64,000 nucleotides of DNA from Candidatus Limnocylindrales bacterium (lineage in GTDB: Bacteria; Chloroflexota; Limnocylindria; Limnocylindrales; CSP1-4), in contig DATBSD010000136.1 in NCBI GenBank assembly GCA_036559965.1, forward strand, positions 1,640 to 65,639, given 5' to 3'. The notes beneath the pieces were generated by a model. It was not told the origin of the DNA, ran no database searches, and saw only the letters and a list, made by a program, of their open reading frames with translations. How positions within the stretch are numbered: the stretch's first letter is position 1; the number at the start of each line of letters is the position of its first letter. The translations under genes were made by a program, and so were the position numbers. Below are positions 1 through 9,328 of the stretch, piece by piece.

Positions 1-304
1 CCTCGACCTCGAGCGGCGCCGGATCGGCGTCCTCGATGCGTCGCCGGACTGCGTGCAGTCCACCGACGCCAGGGTTGCCGAGCCACGAGAAGACGAGCTT
101 GGAGGCGACGCCGGCGCCGATCATCTGGTCGTAGATGACGTCCGGCGTCATGCGCGCGAGGGTCAGATCGCGGCGTCGCTGGCGGATGATCTCGTGCCCG
201 GCCGCGAAGCAGATGAGGTGCGTGAAGCCTTCGATGGCGACCGTGTCCCCGTCACGGACGAGCTCGGCCACCGCATCCTGCATGGTGGCCAGCCGGGAGG
301 TCAT
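1..304 (-). CDS. CoA-transferase subunit A (family I, 3-oxoacid/glutaconate CoA-transferase alpha-like), 3' end truncated by window edge
   Basis: My own translation of the minus strand (not in ORF track because partial): MTSRLATMQDAVAELVRDGDTVAIEGFTHLICFAAGHEIIRQRRRDLTLARMTPDV..., matching CoA-transferase A-subunit N-termini; alternative start at 283 (MQDAV). Confidence 0.55.
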   Translation of the reverse strand, partial: MTSRLATMQDAVAELVRDGDTVAIEGFTHLICFAAGHEIIRQRRRDLTLARMTPDVIYDQMIGAGVASKLVFSWLGNPGVGGLHAVRRRIEDADPAPLEVE

Positions 305-347
305 CGGGCGGCTCGGTGGTCGGTGGTGTCCGGCCGGCGGCTGTCGG

Positions 348-1655
348 TCAGTCGCGTCCGGCGGCCACGTCCTCGACCGCCTCGCCGAAGATGCGCACCG
401 CCGTCTCGATCTCGCCCTCGCTGACGATGAGCGCTGGTGACATGCGTATGGCGCCCTCGCCAGCTTCGAGCACGAGCAGGCCCCGCTGGAAGCAGGCCGT
501 CTGCACGGCGTCGGAGGTCTCGGCGGAGTCGAACCCGATGCCGATCATGAGCCCCAGGCCACGGACGTCGCGGATCGTCTCCGGAAAGCGCGTCTGGATG
601 CCGGCCAGACCGGCCCGGGCCTGGTCGCCCCGCACGGCCGCGTTGGCGACCAACTCTGACTCCAGCAGCCGGACCGTCTCGATGAGCGCGGCGCAGGCGA
701 CCGGATTGCCGCCGTACGTCGAGCCGTGAGCGCCGGGGCCCCAGGTCATCAGCTCGTCCTTCGCGATCATGCCCGCGATGGGCATGCCCGAGGCGATGCC
801 CTTGGCCGTCAGCAGGATGTCGGGCTCGACCCCCCAATGCTCGATGGCCCACATCCGGCCCGTCCGACCGGCGCCCGACTGGACCTCGTCGGCGACCATG
901 ACGATGCCGTGTCGGTCGCAGATCTCGCGCAGCCGGGGCAGGAAGGCGTCATCGGGCACGACGTAGCCGCCCTCGCCCTGGATGGGCTCGACGAACACGG
1001 CCGCGAACTCGTCGGCGGGCATGAGCCGCTTGAACACGCGCTGCTCGAGCTCGTCCAGTCCTGCACTGCCGTAGGGCACATGGAAGACGCCCGGGACCAG
1101 AGGACCGAAGCCAGCGTGGTACTTGGCCTTCGAGCCAGTCAGGCTGACCGCCCCGTAGGTGCGCCCGTGGAAGGCGCCCAGGAAGGCGACCACGTTCTGG
1201 CGGCGCGTGTGATGTCGTGCCAGCTTGAACGCTGCTTCGACCGCCTCGGCCCCGGAGTTGCCGAGGAAGACGCGGACCTTGCCCGACATCGGCGCGATGC
1301 GCGCGAGCTCGGCCGCGGCATGGGCGTAGATGGGCAGGTAGAAGTCCGACGCGCTGAAGTGCAGCAGGGCTGCCGCCTGCTCGGCGATGACCTCGACGAC
1401 CCGCTCGTGGCTGTGGCCCGTCGAGTTGACCGCGATGCCGGCCGCGAAGTCGAGGAACAGGTTGCCGTCGATGTCCTCGACCGTCAGCCCGTCGCCACGC
1501 ACGGGCACGATGGGGTACGCGCGCGGCAGGCTGGGCGAGGTGACCGATTCGTCGAAAGCGATGTGCTCCCGCGCCTTTGGCCCGGGCAGCTCGGTGATGA
1601 TGTCGGGCACCGGCCGGCTCTGGCTGGGGCTGCGGCGGGCGATGACGTCGGTCAC
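348..1655 (-). CDS. class-III pyridoxal-phosphate aminotransferase (4-aminobutyrate/ornithine aminotransferase-like)
   Basis: Internal GTG start (VTDVIARR) preceded by GGAG; conserved GabT/RocD-like blocks (LDFAAGIAVNSTGH, FVEPIQGEGG, ADEVQSGAGRTG, LLTAKGIASG); the 114-codon ORF-track extension upstream is Arg/Pro/Ser-rich junk. Confidence 0.85.
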   Translation of the reverse strand: MTDVIARRSPSQSRPVPDIITELPGPKAREHIAFDESVTSPSLPRAYPIVPVRGDGLTVEDIDGNLFLDFAAGIAVNSTGHSHERVVEVIAEQAAALLHFSASDFYLPIYAHAAAELARIAPMSGKVRVFLGNSGAEAVEAAFKLARHHTRRQNVVAFLGAFHGRTYGAVSLTGSKAKYHAGFGPLVPGVFHVPYGSAGLDELEQRVFKRLMPADEFAAVFVEPIQGEGGYVVPDDAFLPRLREICDRHGIVMVADEVQSGAGRTGRMWAIEHWGVEPDILLTAKGIASGMPIAGMIAKDELMTWGPGAHGSTYGGNPVACAALIETVRLLESELVANAAVRGDQARAGLAGIQTRFPETIRDVRGLGLMIGIGFDSAETSDAVQTACFQRGLLVLEAGEGAIRMSPALIVSEGEIETAVRIFGEAVEDVAAGRD

Positions 1656-1761
1656 GGTCGGCTCCTGGGCTCGCGGCTGCGGCCGAGCGGCCGGACGGCC
1701 GCCGTCGCCAGATGCATATTCCTTATGCAGACTGGATAGCGTCCGAGTGTAGCAGCCGGCC

Positions 1762-3342
1762 TCAGTCGACGACGGTGTGCGACTGCTCGCGCAGGAACTG
1801 CGCCACGTAGTACATCGACAGGCCGGCCTTGCCGGTCGAGCCGGAGCCCTTCCAGCCGCCGAACGCCTGGACGCCCGGCCAGGCGCCGGTCGTCGCGCCG
1901 GCCCGCCGGTTGACGTACAGCACGCCGGCCTCGATGCGATCGAGGAAGCGCTGGACCTCGGCCGGGTCCTCGCTGTAGAAGCCGGCCGTGAGGCCATAGT
2001 CCGAGTCGTTGGCGAGGTCGATGGCCTCGTCCACGGAGTCCACGGGCGCGACGGCCGTGAGCGGGGCGAAGAGCTCGTCGCGGAAGAGCCGGTGGCTGGC
2101 CGGCAGGCCGCCGACGATGGTCGGCTCGACGTAGTGGCCGCGAGCCAGGTCGCCGTCGGTCAGGCGCTCGCCGCCGATGAAGACGCGACCGTCCCGACGC
2201 GCCTCCGAGACCGCCTTCTGGTGTCGATCGACGGCCTTCTGGTCGATGATCGGGCCCAGCCAGTTGGCGCGATCGAGCGGATCGCCGATGGTGATCGTCT
2301 CGGTCTTCTCGACCAGCAGGCGCACGAGCTCGTCGTGGACCGAGCGCTCGACGTAGACGCGGCTGTTGGCCGAGCACTTCTGGCCGCCGAAGCCGAAGGC
2401 GCTGCGCATGATGCCCTCGGCCGCCTCCTCGAGGTCGGCGCTGCGGGCGACGATGGCCGGGTTCTTGCCGCCCATCTCGACGATGCACGGCCGCGGGTAG
2501 CGGGTCGAGAACGTCTTGAAGAGGTCCATGCCGACCTCGTACGAGCCGGTGAACACGATGCCATCGATGCCCGGGTTCTCCCGCAGCTCCGCACCGACCG
2601 AGTCGCCGGGTCCCATGACGAGGTTGAAGACCCCCTCGGGCAGGCCGGCGTCGCGATAGGCCTCCGTCAGGGTGACGCCGCTCATGGCGCCGGCGCTGGC
2701 GGGCTTGAGCACGACCGTGTTGCCGGCCAGCATGGCCGCCGCCGAGGGACCGGCCGAGAGGGCCATCGGGAAGTTGAACGGCGCGATGACGGCGAACACG
2801 CCGTGCGGCCGGAGGATCGACCGCGTGTGGACCGCGGCGTCACCGAGATTGTCGAACGGGTGGTCGTAGAAGCGGTTGTCTTCGGCCGTCTGGCCGTAGT
2901 AGCGGATGAGGTCGGCCGACTCTTCGACCTCGCCGAGCGCCTCGAGCCGGTTCTTGCCGACCTCGATGGCCATCAGGCCGCCGTATTCCATCTGTCGTTC
3001 GCTGATCAGGTCGGCCGCCCGGCGGAGCACGGCCAGTCGCTCCTGCCACGGCGTCGCCGCCCAGGCAGGCTGCGCAGCGCGTGCCGCGGCGATGGCGTCG
3101 CGGACGTCCTGGCGCGTGCCGCGTGCGAACGTGCCGACGAGGATGTCGCGATCGATGGGCGAGCGCAGCTCGAAGGTCCCGTCGCCGTCGCGCACGTGGC
3201 CGTTGACATAGTTGCGGTGGTAGGCGCCGAGGCGTGCCCTGGCCTTCTCGAGGCCGGCCTCGTAGGCGGCGTGGAGCTCCTCGTTGTCGTTGCGCAACGT
3301 CGCGTAGGTGATCTTGATGCGCGGCGCGGACTCGGTCGTCAT
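1762..3342 (-). CDS. aldehyde dehydrogenase of the 1-pyrroline-5-carboxylate / glutamate-semialdehyde dehydrogenase type
   Basis: Start at MTTESAPRIKITYATLRNDNEEL; ALDH catalytic motifs VEMGGKNP and FGFGGQKCSANSR (P5CDH-type GQKCSA), C-terminal GVQAFGGWKGSGSTGK typical of RocA/PruA proteins. Confidence 0.8.
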   Translation of the reverse strand: MTTESAPRIKITYATLRNDNEELHAAYEAGLEKARARLGAYHRNYVNGHVRDGDGTFELRSPIDRDILVGTFARGTRQDVRDAIAAARAAQPAWAATPWQERLAVLRRAADLISERQMEYGGLMAIEVGKNRLEALGEVEESADLIRYYGQTAEDNRFYDHPFDNLGDAAVHTRSILRPHGVFAVIAPFNFPMALSAGPSAAAMLAGNTVVLKPASAGAMSGVTLTEAYRDAGLPEGVFNLVMGPGDSVGAELRENPGIDGIVFTGSYEVGMDLFKTFSTRYPRPCIVEMGGKNPAIVARSADLEEAAEGIMRSAFGFGGQKCSANSRVYVERSVHDELVRLLVEKTETITIGDPLDRANWLGPIIDQKAVDRHQKAVSEARRDGRVFIGGERLTDGDLARGHYVEPTIVGGLPASHRLFRDELFAPLTAVAPVDSVDEAIDLANDSDYGLTAGFYSEDPAEVQRFLDRIEAGVLYVNRRAGATTGAWPGVQAFGGWKGSGSTGKAGLSMYYVAQFLREQSHTVVD

Positions 3343-3406
3343 CGTGGTCGGGCCCTCAGGATCGGCTGGGCGGGCGCGCGACGGCGCCCTCGGGATGGCA
3401 GGAAGT

Positions 3407-4327
3407 CTACGCCCGCGGTAGGTCGGGCCGCGCCACGAGCGCGGCCACCAAAGTCGCCAGGTCGTCGGCCACGATGTCCGGCCGGCCGCCGCCACGCCGA
3501 CGACGGGCCGCGTCGGCCAGCTCGGCGTCGCCGTGCTTGCCACCGTGGACGAAGGCGCCGCGGAGGCCCGCGCGCTGAGCGCCCAGGACGTCGTTCCAGA
3601 CGTCGTCACCGACCATCGCCACCTCGGCCCGTCGGAGCCTGGGACGGCCGGTCTCGGGCGTGAGCGCCCGGACACCGGCCGCAAAGAACGTCGCCGACGG
3701 CTTGCCCGTGACCGTCGCCCGCCGGTCGGTGCTGAACTCGAGGCCGGCGACGAGGGCACCGGCGTCAAGGGTCGTGCCGCGATCGGTCAGCCACCACTTA
3801 TTGCGATGCATGGCGACGAACGCGGCCCCGGCGCGGATGAGCCCGAACGCCCGGTCGAGGTCGCGGAAGGTCATCGCGTCGGACGCGTCGCCGATGACCA
3901 CGGCGTCGACGGGTGGGCGTTCGGCCCGCCGGCCGGCCAGGGCGTCCGCTTCGAGCAGGGCATCGGCCTCGTCGTCGGTCACCAGGTGGAGGCCGCGATG
4001 CTCGAACTCGCTGCGACCCTCGAGCGTCGTCAGGAGCGCGATCCGGCCGCCTGGATGGTGCCGAACGATGTGGTCGGCGGCGGCCGACGCGGCGCTGATC
4101 ATGCGAGCGGCATCGGCCGGCACGCCGACGGAGCGGAGGTGGGCGGCGATCGACCGCCTGCTGAGCGCCGACGTGTTGGTGGCCAGGATGGCCGGCAGAC
4201 CGGCTCGCTCGAGCGTCTCGAGCGCAGCCCCGGCGCCGGCGACTGGTCGACCGCGCAGGATGAGCACGCCGTCGATGTCGATGAGCAGGGCGCGGATGCC
4301 GGCGATCGTGCCCTGGGGCGTGGCCAT
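3407..4327 (-). CDS. HAD-superfamily subfamily IIA hydrolase (NagD-like phosphatase)
   Basis: N-terminal DxD motif LLIDIDGVL, LATNTS, C-terminal VGDDVWNDVLGAQRAG typical of HAD-IIA. Confidence 0.7.
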   Translation of the reverse strand: MATPQGTIAGIRALLIDIDGVLILRGRPVAGAGAALETLERAGLPAILATNTSALSRRSIAAHLRSVGVPADAARMISAASAAADHIVRHHPGGRIALLTTLEGRSEFEHRGLHLVTDDEADALLEADALAGRRAERPPVDAVVIGDASDAMTFRDLDRAFGLIRAGAAFVAMHRNKWWLTDRGTTLDAGALVAGLEFSTDRRATVTGKPSATFFAAGVRALTPETGRPRLRRAEVAMVGDDVWNDVLGAQRAGLRGAFVHGGKHGDAELADAARRRRGGGRPDIVADDLATLVAALVARPDLPRA

Positions 4328-4359
4328 GCCCGCGATGGTAGGCCCGACGGTCGGAGCCG

Positions 4360-5088
4360 ATGCGGCCGTTAGACTGCGGCCACATGACGGGTGCTATCGC
4401 GCTGGTCGGATCCGGCGAATTCACGCCCCAGCTCGAGTCGGTCGACCGCGAGCTGCTTGCCGCGACGGGCCGCTCACGACCGCGCGTCGCCATCCTGCCC
4501 ACGGCCTCGATACCGGACGGCGAGGAGGTCTTCCAGCGCTGGGTGGAGATGGGGCGCCAGCACTTCACGGCCCTCGGGGCGGAAGTCGAGCCGGTCCTCG
4601 TGCGCGACCGTGATGACGCGCAGGAGGCCGCCAACGCACAGGCCATCGGTGAGGCCGACCTGGTCTATCTCTCGGGCGGCAAGCCGGACTTCCTGTATGA
4701 CGTGATCGCCGGCACCGCCGTCGAGCGCGCCCTCCACGAGGCCCACGAGCGCGGTGCCGTGCTGGCCGGCTGCTCGGCCGGGGCGATGGTGCTGGCCGAT
4801 CGTCGCATCCGCTGGCGCCGCCGGATCCCCTTTCCGCCGAGCTGGCAGCCGGCCTTCGGGTTCGTGGCCCGGACGGCGGTGGCGCCGCACTACGACGCCA
4901 TCCCGGAGCCGATCCTGGCGGCCTTCATCCTGACCGCGCCGCGGGGCGGTGTGGTGTTGGGCATCGACGAGAACACGGCCCTCGTCGGCCGCGACGGCGC
5001 GTGGCAGGTGATGGGCGCCGGCCGCGTGACCGTCTGGCGGGGTCGTCGCCGGACACGCCATCACGACGGGGAGCTCGTGCGCTTGTAG
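4360..5088 (+). CDS. peptidase S51 family (cyanophycinase / dipeptidase E-like)
   Basis: ALVGSGEF, LSGGKPDFL and nucleophile elbow GCSAGAMV typical of S51 Ser-peptidases; an alternative start at 4384 (MTGAIALV) is possible. Confidence 0.65.
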   Translation: MRPLDCGHMTGAIALVGSGEFTPQLESVDRELLAATGRSRPRVAILPTASIPDGEEVFQRWVEMGRQHFTALGAEVEPVLVRDRDDAQEAANAQAIGEADLVYLSGGKPDFLYDVIAGTAVERALHEAHERGAVLAGCSAGAMVLADRRIRWRRRIPFPPSWQPAFGFVARTAVAPHYDAIPEPILAAFILTAPRGGVVLGIDENTALVGRDGAWQVMGAGRVTVWRGRRRTRHHDGELVRL

Positions 5089-5097
5089 CGCCAACGA

Positions 5098-5127
5098 CGA
5101 CGCCGGCCCCGTTGCCGGGACCGGCGT
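5098..5127. terminator. GC-rich extended hairpin between convergent genes; candidate bidirectional intrinsic terminator (coordinates +/-1)
   Basis: gacgccggCCCCGttgCCGGGAccggcgtc: outer 8-bp perfect stem GACGCCGG/CCGGCGTC plus an inner CCCG/CGGG stem; lies in the 81-bp gap between the peptidase stop and the Zn-ribbon gene stop; no U-tract. Confidence 0.35.
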
Positions 5128-5169
5128 CGATCGTGTGACGAATCGCTCGGTCAGGCCGAGCGCCGCGGG

Positions 5170-5517
5170 TCAGACCGCCTGGACCTCGCGGAAGCAGTCG
5201 GAGCAGTAGACCGGCTTGTCCTGCCGGGGCCGGAAGGGGACCTGCGCGGCGTTGCCGCACTTCGAGCAGATGACGGCGAAGTACTCGCGCTGGGGGCGAT
5301 CGTCGCCGCGCTCGTAGCCGCGGGGACCGCCGATGTCGCGCACGTCATAGCCGTAGCCGGACGACTCGCGAGACGCGCGTCGTGAAGCGCGGCAGCTGGG
5401 GCAGCGCTTGGGATCGGACGCGAACCCCTTCTGCGCATAGAACTCCTGGTCGGCGGCGGAATGGACGAATTCGATGCCGCAGTCGGCACAGGTCAGGGTT
5501 CGATCAGCGTAGGACAC
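5170..5517 (-). CDS. small zinc-ribbon protein with two CxxC...CxxC pairs
   Basis: GTG start 8 nt after GGAGG; TCADCG...CPSCR and CSKCG...CSDC cysteine pairs; 115 aa; divergent from sbcD. Confidence 0.6.
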   Translation of the reverse strand: MSYADRTLTCADCGIEFVHSAADQEFYAQKGFASDPKRCPSCRASRRASRESSGYGYDVRDIGGPRGYERGDDRPQREYFAVICSKCGNAAQVPFRPRQDKPVYCSDCFREVQAV

Positions 5518-5715
5518 CCGAAAGACCTCCAAGGAGCGACGAGAGACCCTCGTCCCGATGTTGGCGGTGTGCCTGGTCCTCGGGGGCAGGGCGTGGTCGC
5601 TGGCGCGAGGTCGGGGGCCGGGCGCCGACAACAACGACCCAGATGCTCTGCCGTAGGTCCCTGTGGGCCGGGGGCGCACCGTGATGCCCATCAAGCCTAC
5701 CATAGGGTCCCGATT

Positions 5716-5763
5716 CGGCCGGTCAGCGAAGGTGCCCTTCGGCCGTGCCATCCGAGATGGCAC
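5716..5763. promoter_or_regulatory. two adjacent perfect palindromes in the divergent intergenic region upstream of sbcD; candidate operator or 5'-UTR RNA structure
   Basis: CGGCC-(ggtcag)-CGAAGG-tgc-CCTTCG-GGCCG and the 19-bp GTGCCATC-cga-GATGGCAC, about 95-140 nt upstream of the sbcD ATG. Confidence 0.3.
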
Positions 5764-5856
5764 AATGGCGACGGAGTCTCAGCCCGCGGGCGAGGGCATC
5801 AAGGGGGCTCCTCGCTCGCACCACGCCGATGGACAGAAGGAGGTCGAGCCCCCGAG

Positions 5857-7029
5857 ATGCCGCGACTGCTGCACATGGCCGACGTTCACCTTGGCGCACG
5901 CCATCATGACCTCGGCGACGCAGCAGCGACCCAGCGCGAGCGCCAGTTCGACGCCTTCAAGCGGGCCATCGACCTCGCCCTCGCCGAGCACGTCGACGTC
6001 GTGCTCGTGGCGGGCGACCTGTTCGACTCCAACCAGCAACCTCGCCGCTCCGTCGAACGGGCAGCCGCCGAGTTCGGGCGTCTGGCCGCGGCCGGCATCC
6101 GGACCGTCGTCATCCCCGGCACCCACGACGTCTACGACCCGGCGTCGATCTACCGGGTCCACGACCTGCCGGCCCTGGCCGGCCAGAAGAACGGCGGCGA
6201 CCTCATCGTCCTGCTGACGCCGGAGCGGCCCGAGGTCGTCTACCCATCGCTCGACCTGGCCATCTACGGGCGAGTGGCCGCCACGAAGCGGATGGCCGCC
6301 AGCCCGCTGGCCGGTTTCTCCGTCAAGGACGACACGCAGGCGCGCTGGCGGGTCGGGCTCATCCACGGCTCGCTGCGCATCGAGGGCAAGGTCGAAGCCG
6401 ACGATGTCCTGTTCACCGATGCCGAGGTCGCCGCCTCCGGCCTGCACTACCTCGCCCTCGGCCACTGGCACTCCTTTCGCCAGGGTGTCCAGGGCGACAC
6501 GACGTGGGCCTACGCTGGTGCGCCGGAGCCCGTCGCGCTCGACCAGGACGGCGCCGGACAGGTCCTCATCGTCGAGCTCTCGGAGCGGGACGGTCACGAG
6601 TACGTGGCCATCGGTCAGCACGCCATCGGCCGCACGAAGTTCGAGCACCTCGATGTCGATGCCGCGGCCGTCGCCAGTCAGGTCGCGCTCATCGAGTCGC
6701 TGCGTGCGTCTGCTGACCCGGATCTCGTGCTCGACGTCCGCATCGTCGGCGTCCTGCCCGACGAGCTCGAGCTCCAGGAGGAGGAGATCGAACGCCAGCT
6801 GGCGCCAGGCTTCTTCCGGGTCCGTGTCCGGTCGCGCGCCGTGCCGGCCGAGCCGGAGGGTGTGCCACCGCCGCCCGACACGATCGTCGGGGCGTTCATC
6901 CGCGACCTCGAGGAGCGCATCGTCGCGGCCGACGCCGCGGGCGATGCCGACGGCGCCCTGGAGATCCGGGAGTCGCTCCGGCTGGGTCGCATCCTGCTCG
7001 CCGACCCGACCTCGGTCACGGTCGCCTGA
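5857..7029 (+). CDS. sbcD: SbcD/Mre11-family DNA-repair exonuclease (YhaO-like)
   Basis: Start MPRLLHMADVHLG preceded by AAGGAGG; calcineurin-like phosphoesterase motifs (ADVHLG, VAGDLFD, GTHD, GHWH); stop overlaps sbcC start. Confidence 0.85.
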   Translation: MPRLLHMADVHLGARHHDLGDAAATQRERQFDAFKRAIDLALAEHVDVVLVAGDLFDSNQQPRRSVERAAAEFGRLAAAGIRTVVIPGTHDVYDPASIYRVHDLPALAGQKNGGDLIVLLTPERPEVVYPSLDLAIYGRVAATKRMAASPLAGFSVKDDTQARWRVGLIHGSLRIEGKVEADDVLFTDAEVAASGLHYLALGHWHSFRQGVQGDTTWAYAGAPEPVALDQDGAGQVLIVELSERDGHEYVAIGQHAIGRTKFEHLDVDAAAVASQVALIESLRASADPDLVLDVRIVGVLPDELELQEEEIERQLAPGFFRVRVRSRAVPAEPEGVPPPPDTIVGAFIRDLEERIVAADAAGDADGALEIRESLRLGRILLADPTSVTVA

Positions 7030-9233
7030 TGCGCATCCAACGACTCCAGCTGCGGGACCTCCAGCGCCACCACGAGCTCGACCTTCAGCTGGCGCCCGGC
7101 CTGACCATCGTTCGCGGGCCGAACGAGGCCGGCAAGACGACCATCGAGCGGGCCATCGAGGTCGGGCTCTTCCGCAAGTGCACGGCTGCCGGCCAGGACA
7201 TCGAGGCGCTCCGTCGCTGGGGGGCCGCGGCCGATGCCGCACCGACCATCCGGCTCGAGTTCACGGACGACGATGGGACGGCCGGATCGCTGGCCAAGAC
7301 GTTCGCCGGCGCCAAGGGCACGGTCGAGCTGCGGTATGGCGACGAGACGGTCACGGACCCCGCCGAGGTCGAGCGGCGACTGGCCGAGATGACCGGCATC
7401 CCGTCCGAGAAGTTCTTCCGCTCCACGGCCGCCGTGCGCCACGAGGAGCTGGCCGACCTCGATCGCGACGAGACCGTCCTGCGCGATCGGCTCCAGGAGG
7501 CGATGAGCGGCGCCGATCGTGGCACCGGTGCGGCGCGCAAGAAGCTGGCCGATGCCGTCGCCCGCTACACCGCTCAGGGAGCCAAGAACCCGGGCGTCAT
7601 CAAGTCGCTGACCGACGCCACGACCACGCTCGAGTCCAGCCTGCGCGATGGCGAGGCGGCCCTCAGCCGGCTCGAGGAGGAGCGCGCGGCACTGTCACGG
7701 GCGCGTGACGCGCTCGTCGCCGCGGATCAGCGGCTCGAGGTCGAGCGCGAGGCGCTCAGCGCCGCCGAGCGGGCGGTCGCGCTCAAGACGCGCCAGGATG
7801 ACGCGCAGGCGCGCTACGAAAAGTACCGTCGCGCGGCCGAGCTGCGCGATGACATCGAGGCACGCGAAGCCAGCCATCCATCGCGCATCCCCCTCGTCGC
7901 GCTGCGTGCCGCGGTCGAACGGATCCGCGATCTGGAAGCCAAGATCTCTGGCTTCCGGGCGGAGCTGGCCGAGGAGCCCGATCTCACGGCCTACGACGTC
8001 GGCGCGCTGCCGACGCCCGAGTGGCGACGGCCGGCGATCATCGGCTTGGTGCTCACGGCGCTGGGTGTCGTGCTCGCGGTCACCGGCACGCTCGGGCCCA
8101 TCGGGCAAGTGCCGCTCGTCGCCGCACTGGCCATCACCGGCGTCGGCGTCGCACTGGCTGTCCTGGCTATCGTCCGTCGTCGACGGACGCTCGATGTCGG
8201 TCGTCAGAACGTGCTGCGCGACGAGCAGATCTCGCGCCGCCTGCGCGGTCGCTCGGAGATCGAACAGGCGATGCACGACGCCGAGGCCAAACGCGTCCAG
8301 GAGCTCGCCAACATCGACCTCGAGGACCTGCCCGCCGCCGAGGCGCTGCTGGCCCAGGAGACGGATCATGTCGCCGCCATCGACCAGGCGACGGCCGAGC
8401 TGCGCGGGCTGCTCGCGGGCGAGACGCCATCGGACGACCTGGCCCGGCTGCGGGACACGGCCGCGAACGACGTCGAGCAGGCGCGTCATGCGCTGGCCGG
8501 CATGGGCGACGTCGGCCAGGATCCGCAGCGCGCGCTCGACCGCTCGTCATCGGCGGTCCGGCTGGCGACCGGCGAACGGGAGCGCTGCCTCACGGCGTCG
8601 GCCGAGGCGGAGGGTCGCGTCAAGGCCAACGACGTCGACGCCGAGCAGGTCGCCGCTACCGCGGAGCAGCTGGCCGTCGCTCGTGAGCGCCTGATCGCCG
8701 CCGAGCGGCGCCTGCGCATCACCCGGGGCACGCTCGATGGTCTCGACCGGGCGGTCGAGGGGACGATGAAGAAGGCCGCCCGCTTCCTCGAGAAGCGCAT
8801 GGCCGGCGACGTCGCCCGCATCACCGACGGCCGCTACCGCCGCGTGCGCGTCGACGAGAGCGAGCTCACGTTCACGGTCTGGTCGATGGAGCGCAGCGAC
8901 TGGGTCGACGTGCGCAACCTCTCGCAGGGCACGCTCGACCAGTTCTATCTCGCGGCGCGGCTCGGCCTCGTCCGTCAGGTCACGCGTGACCGCCGCCCGC
9001 CGCTCATCTTCGACGATCCCTTCCTGACCTTCGACGACGAGCGCGCCACGCAGGCGCTCGAGCTGATGCGCGAGACGGCGGTCGACCACCAGGTCATCTA
9101 CCTGACCTGCTCCGACCGCTACGACGCCATCGCCGACAAGGTCATCGTGCTCGACGCGCCGGCGGGACGAGACACCGAAGCCGAGGGCTCGACCGAGGCC
9201 GACGTCGCCATCGCAGCGGTCGCCGACGGCTGA
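7029..9233 (+). CDS. sbcC: SbcC/Rad50-like AAA ATPase with two central transmembrane helices (YhaN-like)
   Basis: Walker A GPNEAGKTT, long coiled-coil, C-terminal signature/D-loop region (LIFDDPFLTFDDERA); residues ~335-382 form two hydrophobic TM segments where a zinc hook is expected. Confidence 0.85.
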   Translation: MRIQRLQLRDLQRHHELDLQLAPGLTIVRGPNEAGKTTIERAIEVGLFRKCTAAGQDIEALRRWGAAADAAPTIRLEFTDDDGTAGSLAKTFAGAKGTVELRYGDETVTDPAEVERRLAEMTGIPSEKFFRSTAAVRHEELADLDRDETVLRDRLQEAMSGADRGTGAARKKLADAVARYTAQGAKNPGVIKSLTDATTTLESSLRDGEAALSRLEEERAALSRARDALVAADQRLEVEREALSAAERAVALKTRQDDAQARYEKYRRAAELRDDIEAREASHPSRIPLVALRAAVERIRDLEAKISGFRAELAEEPDLTAYDVGALPTPEWRRPAIIGLVLTALGVVLAVTGTLGPIGQVPLVAALAITGVGVALAVLAIVRRRRTLDVGRQNVLRDEQISRRLRGRSEIEQAMHDAEAKRVQELANIDLEDLPAAEALLAQETDHVAAIDQATAELRGLLAGETPSDDLARLRDTAANDVEQARHALAGMGDVGQDPQRALDRSSSAVRLATGERERCLTASAEAEGRVKANDVDAEQVAATAEQLAVARERLIAAERRLRITRGTLDGLDRAVEGTMKKAARFLEKRMAGDVARITDGRYRRVRVDESELTFTVWSMERSDWVDVRNLSQGTLDQFYLAARLGLVRQVTRDRRPPLIFDDPFLTFDDERATQALELMRETAVDHQVIYLTCSDRYDAIADKVIVLDAPAGRDTEAEGSTEADVAIAAVADG

Positions 9234-9328
9234 ACCCACTCGGCATCGCGTTCGGCCTCCTGTCGGCCGCGACATGGGGCGCCGCCGACTTCGCGGCCGG
9301 CCTGGTCACGCGCCGCCTGGGTGCCTTC

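Noticed and set aside
53-852. ORF-track entries 53..424(+), 135..440(+), 301..852(-), 316..729(+) and the many similar Arg/Pro/Ala-rich ORFs on opposite strands throughout
   Set aside because: Shadow ORFs expected in 70% GC DNA. They overlap well-supported genes on the other strand or frame and have low-complexity Arg/Pro/Gly composition.
5461-5856. Long N-terminal extensions in the ORF track (e.g. sbcD from 5461, zwf from 16407, gabT-like from 1997, opcA from 14453, DapA-like from 53307)
   Set aside because: Extensions are low-complexity, lack RBS, and conserved family N-termini begin at internal ATG/GTG with GGAGG-type RBS or stop/start coupling.
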